Below the pieces are notes generated by a model. The model worked only from the letters and a program-made list of their open reading frames with translations, was not told the DNA's origin and did not search any database. Below, piece by piece: positions 53,692-64,000 of a stretch of 64,000 nt of DNA. Location of the stretch: assembly GCA_951406725.2 (NCBI GenBank), contig OX597831.1, forward strand, positions 12,400,001 to 12,464,000. The letters are read 5' to 3'. The translations under genes were made by a program, and so were the position numbers. The first letter of the stretch is position 1. Each line of letters begins with the position of its first letter. Origin of the DNA: Octopus vulgaris. Its lineage: Eukaryota.

Positions 53692-54015
53692 GAAGGCATG
53701 TGGCTTTATGGTCAGCAGACTTGGCTCACAATCATAAGGTCATGAGTTTGATTCTCAGTAGCACATTGTGTCCTCGAGCAAGACACTTTATTTCATGTTG
53801 CTCCAGTCCACTCTGCTGGTAAAAATGAGTAGTACCTGTATTTCAAAGGGTCACCCTTGACGTATCTTATGTCGTGCTGAATCTCCCTGAGAACTACATT
53901 AAGAGTATACGTGTCTGTGGAGTGCTCAGCCACTTGCATGTTAATTTCACGAGTAGGCTGTTCCATTGATTGGATCAGCTGGAACCCTTGTCGTTATAAC
54001 TAACAGTGCCAGTTA
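53692..54015 (+). mobile_element. tRNA-derived SINE
   Basis: GAAGGCATGTGGCTTTATGG...GAGTTTGATTCTC...GTGTCCTCGAGCAAGACACTTTATTTCATGTTGCTCCAGTCCACTC...AAATGAGT shares its head and middle with the 13591 SINE but has a different tail. Confidence 0.75.
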
Positions 54016-54307
54016 ACTCCTGCCTGTTAGGGACTATACTCTGTTACTCTTTCCACTACCACCCTCTCACAACTATAAATCTGTTACAGGGATGTAAACA
54101 CACCCACACTGGTTGCCAGGTGGTGGTGGGGGGGGGCAACAAACACAGAAACAAAGACACACACACATGATGGTCTTCTTTCAGCTTCCATCTACCAAAT
54201 CCACTCATAAGGCTTTGGTTAACCCAAGGCTATAGTAGAGGACACTTGCCCAAGCTGCCCCATGTGGCTAGGAAGTAAGCTTCTTACCATACAGCTATGT
54301 CTCCACC

Positions 54308-54408
<101 letters not shown>

Positions 54409-54499
54409 AAAAGAATTCCAACCTTGTCTGATTTTCACGTTTTATTTACAATCTTATAATGATATATTATAAGATAATATATTATAATTGAATAAAATA

Positions 54500-55960
<1,461 letters not shown>

Positions 55961-56211
55961 AGTTTGAGACTTTATGGGTCCTGAGGTGGCTTATTAGGCA
56001 AATATTGCCATAAAACCTATGGTTACAGTGAGGGTATGTAATAGCAGAGTCAGGGCCCAGAGGGACTTTTACTTTCTGTGTGGCTTTCCTTCTTCAGTTT
56101 GTCTCATCGTTTCTGATTCTTGGAGCAGTACTCCAGAGTACACAGCATTACGCTGCAGTGAATAACCTTGAGCAAGATGTTCCTAAGGAGACTGCTCTAA
56201 GTTATACTTTT

Positions 56212-57340
56212 CAAAGTTTGGTCATTTGCTTAATCTTTGAAACTTCAGCGTCATGAACCAGTAACGCAGATTGTATCTGGCGTTGGGATTGCATGCTACA
56301 TGTTCACTTCACCACAGCTAGAATTTACTAAGAAAAACATGCAAGTTCATCATATTTGCTCTCTCAAGCACCATTGAATTCAGAATTCAATCCTATTAGA
56401 TAATGGTGTCTGAGACAGTGTAAGATGGATTATATTTCTAATGGTGAGATGACGTGGCTATGGTAATAAGTTTGCTTCCAGACCACATGGTTCTCAGTTC
56501 AGTCCCACTGCATGGCATCTTAGGAGAGTGTCTTTTACTGTAGCCTTGGGCTGACCAATGCCCTGTGAATGGATTTGGTAGATGGAAACTGAAAGAAGCC
56601 CGATGTGTGTATATATATGTGTGTGTATATCTTTGTGTCTGTGTTTTTCCACTATCACCACCACAAATATCCACCACCACTACTTGAGGACCGCATTGGT
56701 GTGTTTAAATCCCTGTAACTTAGCAGTTCAACAAAAGAGATTGATAGAATAAGTGCCAGGCTTTAAAAAAAGAAACTCAGGTTGATTCACTGAACCAAAA
56801 CTTCTTCAAGGTGGTTCCCCAGCATGCCTTAAGACTGATGACTGAAGTAAAAGACAAAATATTAAGACCCTGACACTTCTGTAATCTGGCCAGTGGCAGA
56901 GAAACTGTTTGAATGACCAGGTTGTAAACAGTGCATGGAAAATTCCGACACCAAATAAAAAATGACTAAGTGAAGTAAAAGGTTTGTGAATGGCTAAAAT
57001 GAGTGTTGCATGCTGTAATTGCTTTCAGTTTCAATGTATGGTTGCAGATCAAAATTACTCACCAGACATGTACAACTCTGACCTCAAATCAAAGAATTCC
57101 TTTAAATATTTACTTCCATTACAAAGTTTGGTCATTTGCTTAATCTTTGAAACTTCAGCATCATGAACCAGTAAAGCAGATTGTATCTGGTCCCACATCC
57201 TGCTAAAACATACCAGCCAAATCTCCCTCAAATCAGATTATACTTTTCTTTTTACTAAGGAAAAAAATCAACATATTAGATAATGGTGTCTGAGACAGTG
57301 TAAGATGGATTATATTTCTAATGGTGAGATGACGTGGCTA
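56212..57340. repeat. Two duplicated blocks (69 bp and 67 bp) with unrelated spacers
   Basis: 56212-56280 = 57122-57190 with 2 mismatches. 56394-56460 = 57274-57340, identical. Confidence 0.9.
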
Positions 57341-59164
57341 AAATGCCATTGACCATAGCTCTACATAACCTCCAAGATCATCTGGAAGTCATCACTACTT
57401 CAGAAAAGTTTCTTCTATGTCATTGAGGACTAGTGCTATTGTACATGACTGCAGCTTGGACATTTCGTAAGCATATGACAGCAAAGTCTGATAGCATTTA
57501 CACAACATGTTGCAAACCATTCTGAAAATTTCATGTGAAGGATCATCCAATGAACCAAAGACTGCATGGCAGGTTATCTGGAGGTCACTAATGTCATTTA
57601 AATGAAAAGCATACATTTTACAGGATATTGCTGTAGAGCTAAGTAAAAATTTGTTTGTGAAACATTTCAATGGACATCCTAACATGACTATGCATAGAGT
57701 GGCTGTCCAGCAATAGCATTCATTGACCAACTCTGTACAGACTCTGGATGTTGCCCTGCTCACCAAACACAATGGCGAACTGTGATAGGGACATAATCAA
57801 GATGGGCAAATTCAAACGAGTGGGTTAAACAGATTACAAAATTAATTTAAACACACAGCCTCAATATTATATTAGAAATACAGTTTCAAAAGGGGTTAAT
57901 TATTTATTTCCATCAAAGATGAAGAGAGAAACAATTTAAAAATCCAGAAACAATTAAAAAAAACAGAAAATCAAATGATTCTAGCAGAATATTGAGTTTT
58001 CTGAAATTAAGGCCTTAAACTAGAAAGATTAAATTTTATATACAAACACACTTGTTAAGCAATTATGATTCAAAGATCTAAGATAATATATAGATTAATA
58101 GCATCTCAATTTCTAACTGATATAACAGAACAAAGTATATTTGATGTCATCATCATATCAGTAATTCCCTACATACATGAAACAAGTGCTGGCATGGCTG
58201 TATGGTTAAAAAGTTTGCTGTATGATTATATGGTACTGGGTCCAGTTCTATGGCCAGATGCCCTTCCTGTCTCCAACCACTTTACAGAGTGTACTGGGTG
58301 TTTTTCATGTGCCATAGTACGGATGCATTTATGCAGCAGTGGCACATGTGCATTTCACATGATACCAGCACAATTGCACTTTGTGTGGCACCAGCACCTG
58401 CAAAGGAGTTGCTTGTATATATGAACGACTGCAATTTTACTTCACTTGATAAGTTTTCTCAAGTACAGCAAATCACCACCACTCTTGGTCTCTTGTAATT
58501 ACAAAATGAAAATTATAAACAGAACTTTTACTGAGTTACCTGGTGTTTACAAATCCTTGCATGCACCTCGATTTAACTATAGCAAAAAAAAGCAAATTGT
58601 AACGTATAAAGTGAGTTATTTTTGCAACACAATATTTATTAGACTACTTCAATCATATCAGATGTGGGAGATATACAACAAATATCCATCTATTCATTTT
58701 CACTAAGTTAAAGTAATTTTATGTATGTCTGCATGTCTGTATGTAGGTATACATTCACGTAATATGTGTCTGTATTTATGCATGCATACATGCATATATG
58801 TATCTATCTACATGAACATGCATACACACACATGCCCCCACACGCACACTGTGCAAAAGTTCAGCTGTGAAAAGTTTATTATATCAACCAAAATTCAAAT
58901 TAGTTTATCACTATTAATTTAAAGAAGTAAACATATATATAGATATCAACACACATCCTGAATACTATAGAAATCAGTTAGATGAGGGGTAATTAAAAAT
59001 CAAATTCAATTATGCTATAGAGTGATTAATCTATTAATCGAATAAATAACCAATATCAATTATATTAGGTCATCAAAAAGTGTTTTATCATCAGTAATAT
59101 GAGGACTGATCTGCTTAATCTTCACTTTAAGATAAACATGAAAAATCATATTTGCATGCAGTTA

Positions 59165-59199
<35 letters not shown>

Positions 59200-59252
59200 G
59201 TCTATCTATTTAGATGGATGGATGTATGGATAGATAGATAAATAGATAGATA

Positions 59253-62130
59253 ACTTTCTTTATTGGCCACACAGGACTGAACACAAAGGGGACAAATACA
59301 AATGTAGAGCTTTTCTTTTTGAAAATGAAAAACGGAAAAAAAGGAGAAAAGAAATGTAAAATATTGATCAAAAGGGTCGGGGAAAAAAAGCTATCAAAAA
59401 GGATCGTGTATCACAGAAGAAATTTTTTAAATGTAAGAAGCAAGATTAGGTTTATGCTTGGAAAGAAAAACCAACAGAAAAGAGGGAGGGAATAAACACA
59501 TGAGAGCAAAGTGCTCTCTCTCTCTTTTTTCAATTTACAGGATCATGCTCAAAGTGGTTTCGTTGCTCAGACACACCACTTTTGCTACATTCACCCACCT
59601 TCTTTTGAAACTTTCACGAGACAAAACCTGCCTCTCCATTCTCACCTTCCTTTTCAAATGGTACTCGAAAAAGTTGATGAACAATTGGCCAGAGAGGTAA
59701 GTGTGTCTCTAATCCTTTTACTCGAGTTCACCATACACATTCTTTCACCATAGCCACCAGTACAATGAAGACTGCCTTGCCTTCTCAGTTGAGGGAAGGT
59801 GGCGGAGCAATAGTCATGGTAAACTCAGCCGACAGGCGGACTCGTCCCCCACATGCAACAGCGGCTGTTCGGCATAAGCCCACAGGTCCGAAATGGTTGG
59901 ACACTACATGTGTGCATGCAGAACGGTTTCGTTGCTCTCACCACATCTCAGGCAAGGTGGTCCTGTGTGTCCCGAAGAGGTAATGCTTCTCGATAGCACT
60001 GCCAGGCTAGGGGTCTTTGGTGATTGTCCATAGGTCCCGGCCCGAAAGTTGTCCCGAACAGGTGGGTCAGGTGTTCCTCGTCAACGCCAAGATTCTGCCC
60101 GAGAACATTGTCGCACCTCCCCTCCACCCATCCTCTATAGAATGCCTTTGTAGTAATGAAGTTACACAAGTTTGGTCCCGGATCACAGAGTTGCTTGAGA
60201 GCAACGCGACACTTGCGGTGCCATTCGCCTAGCCTCAGTCTCTGTTTGATCTACAACTGCAGTTCAGTCATGGAGAACGAGCTGCAGGAAAGCACGACGC
60301 ACAAATGGTGACTACACCTGTTCACTGTCGTCTATGAAGTGCCAGAGATGTCACAGTCTCAGCACATGTATGCGCATCCTCAACCGCGGCATGCCTAGCC
60401 CTCCATTTAGTGGGTGTTGACAGCAAATGGATCGTGTAACCATCGGAACTCTTCCCTTCCACAGGAAGCAGAAGAGTATGTGTTCCAGGGTCGGGACAAG
60501 GCACAATGGTCAGATGGTACTCGATGATGGATGCGATGTACGCGTTCACCACCTCCACCTGACCTTTTAGGGATAGCTTCCTCTTGGCCCATTGCTGGGT
60601 GAGAGTGGCCACCCTAGTCATTATTTTGCCCCAGTTCTCCATTTGGAGGTCCAGACCGAACCAGATTCTGAGCAATTTAACTGGTTTGTCAGCGTCCCAC
60701 GATGGAGATGCTGTTGGATGGCATGGGCTTGCTTCTCCAGGTGCTGAGCTGCAAGCCCACTGACTTTTCCTAGTTAATTTTTGTTCCCGTTACCACTTCG
60801 TATTCTTTTAGTGTCTCACCGACCAGGTTGATGTGCTTGTAGCTCAACACTATGATGGTGATGTCGTCCGCATATGCAGACATGCACCTCCCACATTCCA
60901 GCTCTCGTGGGATGCCCCTCAGCATTGCCAGCTTCCGCAGTAGTGGCTCAAGAGTCAATACATACAGAAGCGATGAGAGGGGGCATCCTTGATGAACCGA
61001 ATGCATGATGTTAAATGGTCTGGATAGATGACCATTTATGTGAACTACCAAGTGGATGCTGCTGTATAAGGCAGTGATCCAACCACGGAAGATGGGACTG
61101 AAACAAGCCTCTTTATGGACAGCTTCCAAGTAGTGATGGTCTACCTTATGGAAAGCTTTTGATTGATCCAAATTGATTAATGTCCCACCCATGCCAGGAT
61201 CCTTGACTACTCTGTCTATGATGTAGCACATCAGCTGGAGGTTGTCATGGATACTCCTACCTGGCGCGGCACACGTTTGTGCCTTGTTAACTGGTTTCTC
61301 AATGACAAGCACCAACCTCTTGGCTAACACCTTGGCCAAAATTTTCATGCGTTGAGCATAGTGATGGGCCTGAAGTTATCTATGATATTCCCCTTGTTTG
61401 GATCTTTCTTTAGCAGTACCACTGCTCCTTGCTTTACAAAGATGGGGATACTCCCATTTCGCTGCCAGTTGCAGTAGTCAGCTGCCAAGACACCTCCAAA
61501 CAAGTCTGGCATATGACAATAAAGTTCGTAGGGCAGACCATCCAAGCCTGGTGACTTGTCTCTCACGCAGCCTGCCATTGCATCCTGTATGTCAGCAGCT
61601 GTGATGGGTCTTTCAGAACACTCCGCCTCTCTTGGTGAGAGTCATGGCAGGCCATGCAGGTAGGCACTAAAGTCCACTCTGTGTTCTGACCCACCAGTTA
61701 TCCCAAACAGTCAGGCAAAGTGTTGTTGAAAGGCCTCACACATCCTTTCAGGCTCAAGTCATTTGCACCCCTGTTCATCCATAAGTGACCTAATGGTGGC
61801 TCTGTTGGCTCATTGCACCTCCACCACTCAGGCCTCTTGCGCGGCTCCAACTCCTTTGTTCATCAGAGTACACATCCTAGCTCTGACAACGCATCCTTCA
61901 TGTTTGGCGTTGAAGTGTTGGTCGAGGGCCAACCTTGCTGTCAGTACGTTGGACGCGATGCCAGTTCTAAGTGCCTCTTCTAATTTCTTAACTAGGTCTC
62001 CCTCTATTCTATTTTGGTCTAATGCTTGGGCCTTACTGTACCTAACTGATTATGCTTTAATTGCTTTCTTTAGAGCATACCACCATCTCTTGTTGATGAT
62101 GGCACCCATCAATGCTCTCTTAACTAATGT
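59253..62130 (-). mobile_element. 5'-truncated Tx1/L1-clade LINE (ORF2 RT plus C-terminal zinc knuckle), pseudogenised
   Basis: KSPGLDGLPYELY, FRPITMLN, KILAKVLAKRL, PGRSIHDNL, NLDQSKAF, SVHQGCPLS, AYADD, RKLSLKG and CLRCGESNETVLHAHM*CP, with frameshifts and stops. The 3' end is AATAAAGAAAG followed by (TATC)n. Confidence 0.9.
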
Positions 62131-62628
62131 GGCACTAAGGTGGGCATCCAGCCATAGAAACTTACCAGCTTACCAGTTCCAGTGAAACCATCTAACCCAT
62201 GCTGGCATGCTAGATGATGATGATGATGATGTCAAGGACGATGATTTCAGATATTTTGATTAAAAGCACAGTTAACAAAATAGAGAGTCAATTAGTGTAT
62301 TGCATACAAACCAGGAGAAGCCGGTTATTTTACCACAGGTTAATCTACTGCCATATATAGCAATTTAGATAACAAGTTCATTGGATAACGGAGAATAAAA
62401 GGGCACATTTTCTCTGAAGAGGGGACAATAATATCTGAAACAATATCTTGTAAAAGATTCCGGGTCACTTTCATGATTACTTAAGAGAATACTAAGGTGT
62501 TTATACATCAATCGTAATTTTTCTAATGAAAGCCTTCCAAATAAATAACTGTGGATACTTCGATATTCTATATATTTCAGATACACACACACACATATCT
62601 ATATCAATATACATATCTCTCCCTCTCC

Positions 62629-62707
<79 letters not shown>

Positions 62708-62728
62708 CATATATACATATATATACAT

Positions 62729-62779
<51 letters not shown>

Positions 62780-63189
62780 TATATATATATACGTGTGTAT
62801 GCATATATATACCCACATACGCACAATATTACTGATTGAATTGTTACTGACAATTATAGAGTATAAAACTCCATTACAAAGACTCACATCAATAGTAAGC
62901 AAATTTAACAAATGGCCATAAAAATTCCCAGTGCAAATATGGCTATTTGCTATTAGTGTTATTATATTAAATGTCAGGAGTTTATGACATTTGAGAGCTT
63001 ATTATGTCAACTACTCTCAATATCGTTCAGTGTTACTCCTTTAAGTTCCATGAGAAGTGAATTTAATTTAATAGCTCAGAAGTTACACAAAGAACATAAA
63101 AAGTATTGGCATGGGACATCATTAGTTATGACTAATATATATATATATATATATATATACATTATACATATATATATATAAAGATATCA

Positions 63190-63400
63190 AGGCATCTCTA
63201 AGTAGTTAGTCAACTTGCTAGAAATGGCAACCAAATCTAAATCACACCCTGCTTTCTTACACAAGGAAAAAACATGAAAGGAAAAAACATACCACAAGGA
63301 AAAAACATACCATAGAAAGACAAAGTAGTCAAAAACTAAATTGCCTCTAATCATAGGTTTGCTACATCTGAGCTGATTTTGAGCTTAATAACAATTAAAA
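63190..63400 (+). mobile_element. Representative of an abundant old (CAA)n-tailed SINE-like repeat
   Basis: TGCTAGAAATGGCAACCAAATC..AAATCACACCCT...ATCATAGGTTTGCT..GCTTAATAACAA. Related copies lie at about 8.6k, 16.35k, 24.5k(-), 28.9k(-), 31.0k(-), 33.3k, 35.6k(-), 48.3k, 50.8k(-) and 57.2k. Confidence 0.6.
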
Positions 63401-64000
63401 TGAAATTTGGAATGGAATTGAGATTTTAGTTTAATTAAGTCTTAAATTATTAAAAAATTATATTTCTTTTTTACTGGTTTCTGTTACTGTAACAGGTTCA
63501 TATATGAGGCTGAAGTGAAGAATGTCGAGCAATTCACTCCTCCTCACCACCAGACCTAACTAATACTATTAGTATATTGAGTTCTAACCACCCGTTATTC
63601 ATACCATTATGGCTGAGTGGTTGTGTGTATGTGTATATGTGAATGGAGTTATATGCATCAAAGTTAAGCAGAGAAAGAGCTAATGTTTACATTTATGAAG
63701 CAGCTGATCTGTTTGCCAAAGTATATCTTTGCTCATGAGAGCAGGAGCAAAAGATCTCACTTCTACACATTTAACACAGTTACACTTTTATAGGCAAGCC
63801 CAAAGAAATCCATTTTTTTTTTACTTCTTTTGTCTTTTCACCATCCCTCAAATCCATGTTTTCTTTATTTCTCCATGTCTGCTTCTTGCCTCTTTCTGTT
63901 CTTTCAAATTTTGCTATCATCCATTCATCCTTCAAATATCATTCTTTAAATCCTTTATCACCCCCTTCCACTCCATAACCATATACTTCACCTTATCACT

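Noticed and set aside
59458-62185. Plus-strand ORFs overlapping the Tx1 LINE (e.g. 61763-62185)
   Set aside because: Antisense frames of a GC-richer retrotransposon ORF2.
62290-63120. Possible Penelope-like termini and CSLCN motif
   Set aside because: Too degenerate and broken by microsatellites to call.

Overview
AT-rich, microsatellite-dense animal genomic DNA. The SINE families and simple-repeat load point to an octopod cephalopod such as Octopus (inference). Nearly all listed ORFs are artefacts of (TA)n, (CA)n or (TAA)n repeats. Only one host coding exon is recognisable: 84 nt on the minus strand (24240-24323, DIAVSTEHLWVETSASGDSCYVMDPDCT), the start of the first C1 domain of a type-IV diacylglycerol kinase (DGKZ/DGKI/rdgA). 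The window therefore appears to be two very long introns of that gene (at least 24 kb and at least 39 kb). They are filled with several SINE families, decayed non-LTR elements (Tx1/L1-like, R4/Dong, RTE, a CRE-like fossil, possible Penelope), Tc1/mariner remnants, hAT, piggyBac and Tigger-type MITEs, and a probable non-autonomous Helitron. The most notable signal is a textbook AG|GTAAGT recursive-splicing (ratchet) motif about 715 nt downstream of the DGK exon. Other points of interest are apparent microsatellite-specific targeting by different retroelement families, two tail-to-tail R4 3' ends truncated at the same residue, a bipartite RTE-derived element and a patchwork local duplication. 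All family calls are from motif recognition by eye, and repeat boundaries are approximate.
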